Of a stretch of DNA of 64,000 nucleotides, positions 19,637-29,475 are shown piece by piece (within the stretch, counting starts at the first letter, position 1; every line of letters begins with the position of its first letter). The DNA is taken from the NCBI GenBank assembly GCA_021372535.1, contig JAJFUH010000107.1, positions 5,768-69,767 on the forward strand. The letters run 5' to 3'. Below the pieces are notes generated by a model. It did not search any database. It was not told the origin of the DNA and was given only the letters and a program-made list of their open reading frames with translations. The DNA is from a bacterium. Lineage in GTDB: Bacteria > Latescibacterota > Latescibacteria > Latescibacterales > Latescibacteraceae. The translations under genes and the position numbers were made by a program.

Positions 19637-21109
19637 ATGAAAAAGATTATAGGTTTTATGTGTCTGGCATGTATTTGTTTTATGCCCCGAGCCGGGTATG
19701 GTATAGATTTTTATAATACCGTATTTGTTGATGGCAAGGCTTCGATTAACGTGGATGGGGATTTATCCGACTGGGATGTTGTGAGTTTGCAACTGATACC
19801 GTTAGGCTATTATGAAAACTTGTCACAATCCCTTCCTCTGCCACAAAAAGATGATCTTTCGGCTTCTTTTAAATGCTTTGCAGATGAAGATTATGTATAT
19901 GTTGGAGTAATTGTTAATGATGATAAAGTATTTCTTGGTAATCACCCGTTTGGTGAAGGTTGGAATGATGACTCAGTAGAAATCTGTTTTGACAGTGATT
20001 TGAGCAATGTTTCAAAACCATATTTTGATAATAATGACGGACAGGTTCGGGTTATTGGCAATTATGATGGAAGTTCATACCTGGAAGGCGTTGTACCATA
20101 TCTTTACATTTCACAGCTGCCATACTATTGGGAAGCCCGAGGTATTCGAGGGGGCTTTAAACTCAACGACAGGGGCTATTCAGTTGAAGTGGCAATTCCA
20201 CTTGAAGTTCTGGAGTTGAACAAGATTACGCCACAACGTGGTCTCGGGGTAAATATCAGAGTGCTTGAAGATGATCATGAAGAAAACAATGATGAGAATG
20301 AGGGTGTTCTTTCATGGTCTTTTGATCCTGACAAAACGAGCTGGTGGAAGACAGATCGCTACAACAGAGTTGTTTTTGTTAAGGCTGTGACTTTGCCCGG
20401 TGTTGTACAGGAAAAATCACAAGCTTCAGTAAAAGGTATTAAAAATAATGCGTGGGAAGTCGAGTTAGGACTCAATGCCCCCGATAAGATAGGTTTTAAC
20501 AACATTCTGATATCCGCCTTTTCGGACATCGCAAACAGCAACTGGAAAATGGCTGAAGAAAAACTCAAACCCTTGCAAGACAGGCTATGGGCACAACTTA
20601 TAGTGGGTGTAGTTCAGTTTCATGATGAAAGGTATGCGGAAGCTATTACTCAGTTGAATGATTTTGCAAAGAAGTGTCCTGATGATTATGCAGCGACATG
20701 GGCATATGATTTTTCATACAATTTTGCGAGAGAATTGATGTTGTCGAAAGAACTGTTTGAACGTTTTCAAAAAAGGGAAAATGGCAAAGGAGCCCTCATA
20801 CTCCATGAATATTTAAAACAAAATCCGGGCGATCCAAAATCGTGTGAGCTTCTTTCATTTGCATTGAGCAAAACAAAGGGAAGTGATGTTGACTTCATAG
20901 CGATTCAAAAGGTCATTAGCGAGCCGGTCAACCAGGAAATCACTAAACAAGCTCAGATAGCTCTTGCCCGTTACTATTTTATAAATAACAAATTTGACAA
21001 TGCTCAGGCTATTTGTACAAATTTACTGAGCTCTGAGCTCAATTCGACGGAAGCGCTGAATACAAAAATGATTCTCCTTTCGATCGAGAGAAAATTAAGC
21101 CAAAAATAG
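19637..21109 (+). CDS. Secreted protein with an N-terminal CBM9/DOMON-like sugar-binding domain and a C-terminal helical (TPR-like) region
   Basis: It has a signal peptide. The DGDLSDWD...DDSVEICFD motifs resemble family-9 carbohydrate-binding modules. Confidence 0.45.
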   Translation: MKKIIGFMCLACICFMPRAGYGIDFYNTVFVDGKASINVDGDLSDWDVVSLQLIPLGYYENLSQSLPLPQKDDLSASFKCFADEDYVYVGVIVNDDKVFLGNHPFGEGWNDDSVEICFDSDLSNVSKPYFDNNDGQVRVIGNYDGSSYLEGVVPYLYISQLPYYWEARGIRGGFKLNDRGYSVEVAIPLEVLELNKITPQRGLGVNIRVLEDDHEENNDENEGVLSWSFDPDKTSWWKTDRYNRVVFVKAVTLPGVVQEKSQASVKGIKNNAWEVELGLNAPDKIGFNNILISAFSDIANSNWKMAEEKLKPLQDRLWAQLIVGVVQFHDERYAEAITQLNDFAKKCPDDYAATWAYDFSYNFARELMLSKELFERFQKRENGKGALILHEYLKQNPGDPKSCELLSFALSKTKGSDVDFIAIQKVISEPVNQEITKQAQIALARYYFINNKFDNAQAICTNLLSSELNSTEALNTKMILLSIERKLSQK

Positions 21110-21151
21110 CTGGAATAAATTTAATTTTCGAAAACATAAAGGATTTCACCT

Positions 21152-22561
21152 TTGCAGGTATTTAATTTTATAAGAATATTATGGTTTATTATTGTCCTGA
21201 TGGCAGTTGACGCGTATGCTGCTGATAAAGTAGTTGATCCGCTCTGCGGGCCGAAAAGTCTCCTGAAAATCTGTGAAATGAAAAATATTACGAGCGATCT
21301 CAAGAAAATCTGTGATTTATCAAGCTACAATGAAAATTCAGGAACAACAATGCTCGGACTTTATAACGCTGCATGTAAATTAGGACTTCCTGTCGTACCG
21401 GTACGCATTAATATTGAAGAGCTTTCGAATATTAATGAGCCATCAATTGCTTTTGTGGACGGGAACCATTTTCTTGTTCTTCATGCACTCAAAGGGAACA
21501 AGGTATTAATTCAGAATCCTCCGGCCCCGGCATATATGCAATCAAAAGAAGTTTTTAAATCTCGATGGAATGGAGAAGTTCTCGTTTTTTCGGATAAACT
21601 GAAGAAGCAGATGAAATCCCAGTTGAAATCATTGTCAGTGCCTCTCAAAGAACCATGTGTAAAATTTTCCCAAACAAGCCATAATTTTAGTACGGTGAAC
21701 GAAGGTGAGAAACTTTCGAATATTTTTTCTTTTACAAATATCGGTTCTGAACCTTTGGAAGTGTATGCCCGTTCAACGTGTACATGTGCTGTTGCTGTTA
21801 CATCGAAAAATAGAATTCTTTCGGGCGACAAGGGGGAAATTAAAGTAGAGTTTGACACAAACGGTAAAAAAGGACAGGTAAAGCAAACAGTATTTGTAAA
21901 AACCAACGATCCTAATAACAAGTATGTTACTTTAACAATTTCAGCTGATGTTAAGCAAAGTATAAAAGTTGTGCCTGACAGAATTCTGGTTGAGGAAATG
22001 ACAGTTGGCGAGGTTATCGAACGTGAAATCCAGATAATAGATTCAGGTAATGGTACCTTAAAGGTAATGAGTGTAGATACACCCGAAGGTGTCAGGGTAA
22101 AGAATCTTCCTGAAGAAAATATGAGTACAAAAACAATTCCGATGCAGTTGATAATTGAAAGTGGTAAAGTTCTTGGTGATTTTGAGAAAAAAATCATAAT
22201 TCATACAAATGATTCAAAACGGTCTATAATTACCGTTCCCGTTACAGGTAAAGTAATCGGGAATGTTAAAGCATTTCCTGCTGCTTTTTATTTTGGAGAG
22301 ATAAAACCGGATACAACAATTATTAAAGAGATAACATTATCATCAGATAAGCATGCTATTAAACAACTTTCAGCAAAATCGAAATCTTCGTTTGTGAAAA
22401 TTGAAGTTGTATCAATTGATGGGGGGCATAAGTATCAGTTAAAAGCCGTTTTAACCTCCCCGCACAAAGAGTCTTTGATTCGAGATACAATAGCTGTTTA
22501 TCTGACAGATAAAGACGATCCGGTTTTGGAAATTCCTTTATATGCCTTGGTTACTAAATAA
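21152..22561 (+). CDS. Secreted peptidase C39-like domain protein followed by DUF1573-like beta-sandwich repeats
   Basis: It starts with TTG and has a signal peptide. It carries the PLCGPKSL...NAACKLG Cys motif and a downstream GNHFLVLH His motif, as in C39 bacteriocin-processing peptidases. There is no ABC transporter domain. The C-terminal two-thirds resemble DUF1573 repeats. Confidence 0.55.
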   Translation: MQVFNFIRILWFIIVLMAVDAYAADKVVDPLCGPKSLLKICEMKNITSDLKKICDLSSYNENSGTTMLGLYNAACKLGLPVVPVRINIEELSNINEPSIAFVDGNHFLVLHALKGNKVLIQNPPAPAYMQSKEVFKSRWNGEVLVFSDKLKKQMKSQLKSLSVPLKEPCVKFSQTSHNFSTVNEGEKLSNIFSFTNIGSEPLEVYARSTCTCAVAVTSKNRILSGDKGEIKVEFDTNGKKGQVKQTVFVKTNDPNNKYVTLTISADVKQSIKVVPDRILVEEMTVGEVIEREIQIIDSGNGTLKVMSVDTPEGVRVKNLPEENMSTKTIPMQLIIESGKVLGDFEKKIIIHTNDSKRSIITVPVTGKVIGNVKAFPAAFYFGEIKPDTTIIKEITLSSDKHAIKQLSAKSKSSFVKIEVVSIDGGHKYQLKAVLTSPHKESLIRDTIAVYLTDKDDPVLEIPLYALVTK

Positions 22562-22578
22562 TTTGGAATGATATATTC

Positions 22579-22740
22579 ATGGTACAGATGAATAATGATT
22601 TTTTCCCGCTAAACTTCGAAGATCGATCATTTGAAACGCAAAACCTTAGAAATAGAGTTATGGAAATTGTTAAAGATCTTTCTGAAGAAGATTTATACTA
22701 TCTTATGGAAATACTTAAACTTACAATAAGAACTGAATAA
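22579..22740 (+). CDS. Possible small acidic protein (53 aa) lying between the C39-like gene and blaI-2
   Basis: It is an ATG-initiated ORF, MVQMNNDFFPLNFEDRSFETQNLRNRVMEIVKDLSEEDLYYLMEILKLTIRTE. It falls below the ORF-track threshold and I see no homology. Confidence 0.2.
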   Translation: MVQMNNDFFPLNFEDRSFETQNLRNRVMEIVKDLSEEDLYYLMEILKLTIRTE

Positions 22741-22834
22741 GTTTGAAAGTTGGATTGTAAGCGGATGCATAATAGTGTTAATTTAATATGGTATTTTGTA
22801 TAATATAACTTAAAACATAAATATAGGAGCAATC

Positions 22835-23215
22835 ATGAAAGTAGGTGTCGGTTTACTTGGCGAACTTGAATGGGCAGTTATGAAAACGTGTTGGGATAAA
22901 GGCAAAACAACCGCGCGAATAATCTTCGAGGAAATAAAAAAAACAAGAAATATACAATACCAAACGATAAAGACAACCCTCGACAGATTAGTCCAAAAAG
23001 GGTATCTCGTACGAGAGAAGTTTGGTCCTATTTGGCTTTATTCTTCCACGGTTACTGAAACGACATTGACATCAAAAGCAATTGAAAGCTTTGCTCAGAC
23101 TGTTTTTGGTAATGCTATTGCGCCGGTTTTTATTCACCTTTTAAAGAAAAAAAAGTATACCCATGAAATCGAAGAACTGAAAAAGATTATCAATGAAATT
23201 GAAGAGGAGGACTGA
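22835..23215 (+). CDS. BlaI/MecI/CopY-family transcriptional repressor (second copy)
   Basis: The 126-aa winged-helix protein is followed immediately by an M56 peptidase gene. Confidence 0.7.
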   Translation: MKVGVGLLGELEWAVMKTCWDKGKTTARIIFEEIKKTRNIQYQTIKTTLDRLVQKGYLVREKFGPIWLYSSTVTETTLTSKAIESFAQTVFGNAIAPVFIHLLKKKKYTHEIEELKKIINEIEEED

Positions 23216-23266
23216 GCCATAGAATCAATCATTTCGACAATAGTTTCGGCCAGCCGGATTGTATGG

Positions 23267-24601
23267 ATGTTGAGTTGGCAGGTTTCTGTCCTTATAATGG
23301 CAATCTGGATATTTTCTGTGGTTTTCAGAAAAATTCAGCCAATTTTTCACTATTGGCTATGGAGTATTGTCGTTTTGCGGTTAATTCTTCCATTCAATAT
23401 ATCAATGCCAACTGGTGTCAGCCAATATTTACGCTCCCCCATGGAGATGAAAATCACCGAAATCACCAGAAACAATCGTTTTTCAGAAGTCATAAATAAA
23501 ACTACCATGCCTTTTAAATCATCAATGGTACAAAAAATCGAAAAGCTGGACTTTGATAAAAATAAACCTGTCTCATTGAATGTAAATGACATTGTTGTTT
23601 TCACATGGCTTGGGATAATGCTGCTTCTTGGCTCAGGGACAATTATCTGGACATTGCATGTTCGTAAACTTGTAAAAAGTTTTCCGGTTGTCAGCCGACG
23701 TGATATACGGGAACTCTTTCTGAGAAAATGCAGGGAATTGGGAATAAAGCAGAACTGTGAAATCTATACCATGCACAGCACCATGCCAATGGGACCAACA
23801 GTGACCGGTGTCTTTTATCCTAAAATTCTTCTGCCATATAGAGTCATTGAGGACTGGTCGATTAAAGAGATTGAACCTCTAGTGATTCACGAGCTTGTTC
23901 ATATACAACGTCATGATCTGATCATGAACTGGATTCAAATTGCGGCCCAGATTGTGTATTTCTTTCATCCGCTGGTATGGTTTGCGAACTGGAAGATCCG
24001 TGAAACACGTGAAGAGATATGCGATGACCTCACAATAAGAAGTATTGAAAATAAGCGTAAACGATATTCACAAAGTATTCTCAATGTTATAGAGGGGATA
24101 GTGTATGAACCGATCTGGGGAGTTGTTGATATTGGCTTTTCAGAACGGAAGAGTTCTCTGGCGAAAAGAATTATCAGAATCGCGAATAAACGGTATAAAT
24201 TTTATAAACCTCTCGATATCATTACCACCGGAATATTGATAATCGTTTCATTGATCAGCATATCGTTGTCATGTGATTATTCGCCTAGGAAAATTATTGG
24301 TAATGAAGTCTATAATGAAGAACAAAGCACAGTTATAGATATTGCTTTAGAGAATTCGAATACTATCGCAATAAAAATTGATTCCAGTGGTGAGTATGAA
24401 GTTGATGGGATCAGAGTGGCTCCTGAAAATCTGGAGGGATTTTTAAAGAAACTCTCGGAGGAAAGCGGCAAAAAAAATATCACAATATTTCCTGATCCGA
24501 AATCTTCTCAAGTACTTTTTATCAATGCAGTAAATGTTTCACAAAATATCGTTGGAATGAAAAAAATAAAAATTAAAAAAACTGATTTTCAAAAGGAGTG
24601 A
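23267..24601 (+). CDS. BlaR1-like M56 peptidase signal transducer with a C-terminal ExbD/TolR-like periplasmic domain
   Basis: It has TM helices and the HExxH motif VIHELVHIQRHD. The C-terminal ~100 aa (VIDIALENSNTIAIKIDSSGEYEVDG...ITIFPDPKSSQVLFINAVNV) resemble ExbD/TolR. Confidence 0.65.
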   Translation: MLSWQVSVLIMAIWIFSVVFRKIQPIFHYWLWSIVVLRLILPFNISMPTGVSQYLRSPMEMKITEITRNNRFSEVINKTTMPFKSSMVQKIEKLDFDKNKPVSLNVNDIVVFTWLGIMLLLGSGTIIWTLHVRKLVKSFPVVSRRDIRELFLRKCRELGIKQNCEIYTMHSTMPMGPTVTGVFYPKILLPYRVIEDWSIKEIEPLVIHELVHIQRHDLIMNWIQIAAQIVYFFHPLVWFANWKIRETREEICDDLTIRSIENKRKRYSQSILNVIEGIVYEPIWGVVDIGFSERKSSLAKRIIRIANKRYKFYKPLDIITTGILIIVSLISISLSCDYSPRKIIGNEVYNEEQSTVIDIALENSNTIAIKIDSSGEYEVDGIRVAPENLEGFLKKLSEESGKKNITIFPDPKSSQVLFINAVNVSQNIVGMKKIKIKKTDFQKE

Positions 24602-24604
24602 ACT

Positions 24605-24958
24605 ATGAGGGTATCAAAACTAATACTTTTGCCTTTAATTTTTCTTTTCATGACATTATTATCCGAAAATAACATTGTTTATTTGTCGAAGGGAAATGCA
24701 AACTATCAAAAAGAGTTTTCATATATTGAAAACACTTTGAATACAGAGAATATACAAGTGATCTCCATGGAAGATATGTCCATGACTATTGGAGGTTGCA
24801 GTGGTGGTACATGCAGCAATAATTCACATTCATGTCCATCAGGATGCACACATTATGATGCCGATAAATGTAGCGGAATCATTGGAAGCTGCGTAAATGA
24901 TTGTTGGTCAATTCTATGCAGCTGCCCAGGTTACTATACAATGGATAATGGATGTTAA
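24605..24958 (+). CDS. Small secreted Cys-rich protein (117 aa) with an internal double-glycine-leader-like motif
   Basis: The ATG lies 4 nt after the blaR1-2 stop. It has an N-terminal signal/TM segment. The motif ISMEDMSMTIGG matches the LSxxELxxIxGG pattern. It is followed by a 53-aa core with 11 Cys and abundant Ser/Thr. Confidence 0.5.
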   Translation: MRVSKLILLPLIFLFMTLLSENNIVYLSKGNANYQKEFSYIENTLNTENIQVISMEDMSMTIGGCSGGTCSNNSHSCPSGCTHYDADKCSGIIGSCVNDCWSILCSCPGYYTMDNGC

Positions 24959-24993
24959 TAATTATATTAATAAATTACAGGAGGTTATATTCT

Positions 24994-25959
24994 ATGACAA
25001 TATATATAAGACGAGTATTTTTACCTTTAATATTTTTGTTATGCGGTTTTAATCCTGTTTTCGCTCAAGAGTCTTTGGAATTGAAGGCAATAATCGATGG
25101 AGCTGATATTGGCGATATGATGATTACGAGTGGAAACGGGAATCTTGTATATGAATATACCCGTGTGGATTCAATGAGCTCAAGAGCCCTTGAACTTGAC
25201 CAGGAGCATATTGCTTCGGCAGATACGGATACTAAAACAATTATTCGCAATTACGAAAAATTAAACATTACATTTTCTTTCAGCGGTTCAAAAGTGCGAT
25301 GCAATGAAAGCTCATATAATCGTCTGCCCAACGGAAAATGGTACCCTCAGGACTGGCAGTGGGCATATAATGGCGAGAAACTTGACCTTCTCCGTCTTGA
25401 CGGATTAGATGAGAATGGGCTTATAGTTCCCAGAGGTTCTGTAAGAACCGAATATGTATCACGACTTAACAGGTTTGACCCAAGATACAACGGTATGAAA
25501 ATAATGGGTACATCGGTAGGTACTTTCCTCAGGGGATCAATAGGTGACAAGAATGTTGAAAATATAAAACTGATGCCAGAAGAAACCATTGACAGTATCC
25601 CTTGTAAAGTTGTTCGTGGCTATGTCCCAAACACAACAGAAACAATTACAGTCTGGCTTGCTCCCGGTATCATGAATCACCCCAAACGTATCGAATATCT
25701 TTCCGGTGATGAATTAACTGTTGTCAACAATAATTTCAAAGAGTTCAAGGGAGGCATCTGGTTCCCGGAGTCTGTTGCGAAAGAATTGTTCTATCGTGGT
25801 CCTGCCGGCAAATGGATTCTCTATGTAAAAGAAAAAATCACGATTCAGAATGATTTTGATATCAATATTGATTTGCCCGCCTCTCTTTTTGAAATACAAT
25901 TCCCGGCCGGTCTCTGGGTATACGATTACCGTCTTGGTGAAAAGATTGAAAGTAAATAA
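24994..25959 (+). CDS. Secreted protein of unknown function, possibly with a LolA-like/DUF4292-like fold
   Basis: There is an AGGAGG RBS at 24978–24983, 10 nt before the ATG, and a signal peptide. The ORF track extends it to 24952. The fold is suggested only weakly. Confidence 0.4.
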   Translation: MTIYIRRVFLPLIFLLCGFNPVFAQESLELKAIIDGADIGDMMITSGNGNLVYEYTRVDSMSSRALELDQEHIASADTDTKTIIRNYEKLNITFSFSGSKVRCNESSYNRLPNGKWYPQDWQWAYNGEKLDLLRLDGLDENGLIVPRGSVRTEYVSRLNRFDPRYNGMKIMGTSVGTFLRGSIGDKNVENIKLMPEETIDSIPCKVVRGYVPNTTETITVWLAPGIMNHPKRIEYLSGDELTVVNNNFKEFKGGIWFPESVAKELFYRGPAGKWILYVKEKITIQNDFDINIDLPASLFEIQFPAGLWVYDYRLGEKIESK

Positions 25960-25969
25960 ATTCTTAAAT

Positions 25970-26716
25970 ATGGGTAATATTATGTGTAATCTGATGATTG
26001 AAAAAAAAATTGATGAGAAAAATTATCTTATTAATAAGATAAATTCAAATAATATTCTGTCACAAGGTATTGTCCATGACCTGAATAATGTTTTAACAAT
26101 GCTGCAGGGTAATCTTACCCTGGCAAAAATGGAGATAAACAGGAGTGATAAAGCTATTGAAATACTGAACAATGCTCAGCAAGTATGTGAACGATCAAAA
26201 GGTCTTATACGTCAATTGTCGGTTTTATATGATGATAACTCGAACAAAAAAGTGAAATTATCTGTTTCTGAAATAATCAGATATACTGCAAAATTTTGTG
26301 TTATGAGCACCAAAATATATTGTGAGTTTTCATTACCCAAAAACTTATGGTTCATTAATGCCAATGAAGGACAAATTAATCAGGTTTTTACAAATTTAAT
26401 TCTCAATTCAATCCAGGCGATGCCGAAAAGCGGAGTTATTAAGATTAAAGCTAAAAATACTATTGTTGATAATAATAACGATATACCGCTTAACGGTAAC
26501 TTTGTGAAAGTTACCGTTAAAGATAATGGGTATGGTATATCTGAAGATATTCTGCCAAAAATCTTTGATCCGTACTATACCACAAAGAAAAATGGTAAAG
26601 GATTGGGGCTGTCGATAGTTAATTTCATTATTCAAAAACATAATGGCTATATCAGCGTAGACTCGAAAGTTGGTGAAGGTACGTCGTTTGATGTATATTT
26701 ACCGGCAATTATTTAA
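25970..26716 (+). CDS. Cytoplasmic orphan histidine kinase (HisKA + HATPase_c only)
   Basis: It has an H-box (IVHDLNNVLTMLQGN) and N/G1/G2 boxes (NLILNSIQAM, VKDNGYGI, GKGLGLSIV). The start is placed at the internal Met at 25970, because the longer ORF overlaps the upstream gene. Confidence 0.65.
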   Translation: MGNIMCNLMIEKKIDEKNYLINKINSNNILSQGIVHDLNNVLTMLQGNLTLAKMEINRSDKAIEILNNAQQVCERSKGLIRQLSVLYDDNSNKKVKLSVSEIIRYTAKFCVMSTKIYCEFSLPKNLWFINANEGQINQVFTNLILNSIQAMPKSGVIKIKAKNTIVDNNNDIPLNGNFVKVTVKDNGYGISEDILPKIFDPYYTTKKNGKGLGLSIVNFIIQKHNGYISVDSKVGEGTSFDVYLPAII

Positions 26717-27053
26717 GGGTAACGCTTTTCAAGGATGTTTACGCTATAAATCAAAATTTCTTTTCGAAAACTTATTTATGAATAGTAGTATCTTGTTATG
26801 CTGTAATAATAAAGAACAAAAAATCTTGTATATAGGACTTAACAGGCGTTATAATTTTATCCCTTTTCTTTACCCTGACTCACCCCTCGATTCCCTCTAT
26901 ATGACATAGTAACTCTTGACCAAAGAGAGAGGAGAAGCGCCCGATAAAATATTTTTATCAAGGTATTATGCGCGAAGTGAGTTTCCACGGTTAACGTCGG
27001 AAATTATTATATTCTTCTGCTAATAAATGATGCGCACTACTTTTTCCCCCCTC

Positions 27054-28523
27054 TTACTTCAGTTCGAGGAACGTTACATCCTTGTCCAGGAAATACCGCG
27101 GCAGGCGCAGGTCGCCGATGTTGCAGCGCCGGACCTCCCACCACACGTCCTTTTCATCGGGATATCCATACCCGTGCTGGTCAAACACGATGGGTCTGCC
27201 CTCGTACTCGCCGATGTAGAGCTGGCAGTGTCCCCCGCAGCTCTGGATAGTGACGAACGGTTCCCTTTCCATGACATTTTTGTAATACACATCCTTTCCC
27301 ATGGAGGGATGGAGCACCGTGGTGACGTTACTATTGAAAAAGGTGAACAGCGAGCCGTGATAGGGCAGATCGAATCCGAAACACGCGAAGATATCGCGGT
27401 AGATCGTCTCGTGCTGACGGCCGAACCAGGCGCCGCTCCAGTCATAGGGGGTGCCGAGGAGCTTGAATGCCGTGAGGACGATGTTACGGCGCGTGTAGGG
27501 GAGATATCCCGCGTGGACGTCGTCGTTCCGGGCAACCCAAGCCGTTTCGGTGGCGAACTGCCCGTTCATCCTCCGGACGGGCACTTTAATCTGACGGGGG
27601 TTCGCTTTCGATGCGAGAGGGAGCCGTGTCCCCAGCCCGAACCACCCCGAGGCGCAGGTGCAGCTCTCATCGGTATAGAACTGCACGCGGTCGTTGGTTG
27701 CCACGAGAAAATCCGGAGCGTTGACGAAATCTCCGATCTCTTTCGCTGTGCCGAACGCCACATCCTCGCACCTGACCCATCCGTACCCGACCTCGCACAG
27801 CACGAACATGTACTCCCCTGACCGTGAGAAATGGAGCACCTGTACGGGAATCCCGATTTTCATCACGCCGATGTTCCACAAATCCCAGCGGGTTTTTCTC
27901 GACTGCGTCAACCCGAGCTGCTGGGGGAAAAACGAGGGAACATTACGCAGGCGCGCGGGACGGACAGCGATGCCGTCACGGACAGTCACTGTCTTACCCA
28001 CTCGGTCGAGCGCCATCTCGTTTTCAAAGGCGTCGATTTCCTTCACGGAGTAGGTAATCGCGAGCGCGTTGCCGTAGTCCTGTTTATGGAGGTAGGCTAT
28101 CTCGGCTTTTATCCTGTCCCTGACCGTATCGGCCGCAGCCGCGGCAGGCATGGTTTTGAGGTCGGGTACCCTCATTGCCCAGCCGGGCCACCACTGAACG
28201 AGAAACGGTTTCCGTTCCTCGGGGACATCCTTCAATGGATCGGGGGCGCTGATCCACCGCCTGTAGGCTTCGTTCATCCGGCTGATAGCGACCGGGGTGA
28301 GAATGATTTCGTCGGGATTTTTCATCCGCGCAATCCAGAAGCCGGGATCGAGCAGTTCGGCAGGAATCCATGGCAGGGGTTCAGGCGCCCTGATATAGAG
28401 GACATCGTCCGGCTCGGGAAGGACATCGTGTGTCACGGGATCGATTTTTTCGGATAAAACTCCCGTGGAAAACAGGAAAAACAGAGCGGCAAAAAACAAG
28501 ACAATCGAAACAGGATATTTCAT
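27054..28523 (-). CDS. Secreted SH3-like plus NlpC/P60-like (C40-family-like) domain protein. The function is uncertain.
   Basis: It has a signal peptide. The block LLGTPYDWSGAWFG resembles the NlpC/P60 GTPYVWGG block. The catalytic residues are not confirmed. Confidence 0.4.
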   Translation of the reverse strand: MKYPVSIVLFFAALFFLFSTGVLSEKIDPVTHDVLPEPDDVLYIRAPEPLPWIPAELLDPGFWIARMKNPDEIILTPVAISRMNEAYRRWISAPDPLKDVPEERKPFLVQWWPGWAMRVPDLKTMPAAAAADTVRDRIKAEIAYLHKQDYGNALAITYSVKEIDAFENEMALDRVGKTVTVRDGIAVRPARLRNVPSFFPQQLGLTQSRKTRWDLWNIGVMKIGIPVQVLHFSRSGEYMFVLCEVGYGWVRCEDVAFGTAKEIGDFVNAPDFLVATNDRVQFYTDESCTCASGWFGLGTRLPLASKANPRQIKVPVRRMNGQFATETAWVARNDDVHAGYLPYTRRNIVLTAFKLLGTPYDWSGAWFGRQHETIYRDIFACFGFDLPYHGSLFTFFNSNVTTVLHPSMGKDVYYKNVMEREPFVTIQSCGGHCQLYIGEYEGRPIVFDQHGYGYPDEKDVWWEVRRCNIGDLRLPRYFLDKDVTFLELK

Positions 28524-28788
28524 GATGCACCTCCCGGAGATGTAATGCTATTACATGAGATTTACACAGATTTCAATCGTTTATAAAATAGCTGAATACT
28601 CAATCACAATAATATTTTGTATCGTATTTCATTGTGCTTCTTTCCGGAAAAAGATGCCAAAACGAGTTCGGCATGACCGTCACCCTGAACTTGTTTCAGA
28701 GTCATATTCCGTATACCATATGCAATTACGGAAGCGCCATGTATATCCGGCCGCATATGAACCCGGTATAAGAACTGCACTCTATATG

Positions 28789-29406
28789 TTACCGAGGCTC
28801 ACGGATCATTGCCCAGAAGGGCGGCACACCATCGGGTATGAACACCTTTTCTGATACGGTGAAGCCATGCTTTTCGTAAAAACGGACGGATCGCTCGGTC
28901 AGGGTTTCGAGATAGCATGGCTGGCCGGCCGCATCGGCGCGTTCCAGCACAGGCTCGATCAGCCGTCCGCCGATTCCTCTGCCCTGACACGCCGGTTCCA
29001 CCGCAAGCTCGATGAGGTACCAGTGGTCACCCGTCACCGACTCCGCATGTTTCCTGACCGCGTACTTCATGAATTCGTTGAACCGGCCGAACGCTTTCCT
29101 GCCCATACGCATGACTTTCAGGAACACGCCGGTTCTCACCATACCCCACAGTTTCATATCCGGGTGCTCGGGAACGAGCCAGACAGCCACACCATCGGTT
29201 TCCGTCGTCGTATACACCTCTCCGAAGGCAAGGCTGTACTGAAAGCCTATATCGAAAAAGTGTATGATCTTCCGCGCCCGTTCGTTTTCGTCGGGGTATA
29301 TATACCGGCTGAGCGGGTCATCCCATAGTGCCCGGACGATTATGTCGAGCGCCTGTATTTTCTGCGCATGTTCGAGGCGGATCACCCGGCTGTCACCATC
29401 AGTCAT
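28789..29406 (-). CDS. GNAT-family N-acetyltransferase
   Basis: It has the acetyl-CoA binding motif QGRGIGGRLIE and the size of a GNAT. Confidence 0.7.
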   Translation of the reverse strand: MTDGDSRVIRLEHAQKIQALDIIVRALWDDPLSRYIYPDENERARKIIHFFDIGFQYSLAFGEVYTTTETDGVAVWLVPEHPDMKLWGMVRTGVFLKVMRMGRKAFGRFNEFMKYAVRKHAESVTGDHWYLIELAVEPACQGRGIGGRLIEPVLERADAAGQPCYLETLTERSVRFYEKHGFTVSEKVFIPDGVPPFWAMIREPR

Positions 29407-29475
29407 GGCGCGGTCCTTCTTTGTTCCGTTTACGGCGATGACCGATATCGGGCGTACAGCCGCATCACAGAGTCT

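Noticed and set aside
24605-24958. Calling the Cys-rich peptide a lanthipeptide or RiPP precursor
   Set aside because: No LanB/LanC/LanM, radical-SAM or YcaO-type modification enzymes are nearby. The N-terminus looks like a Sec signal rather than a cytoplasmic leader. I therefore keep it as a hypothesis, not a call.
27027-28457. Plus-strand ORFs 27027..27821 and 27831..28457, and minus-strand ORFs 27074..27535 and others, overlapping the 27054..28523 gene
   Set aside because: The ORFs are GC-rich frame artefacts inside a coherent 489-aa secreted protein that has a signal peptide. Their composition is Arg/Pro-rich and atypical of real proteins.
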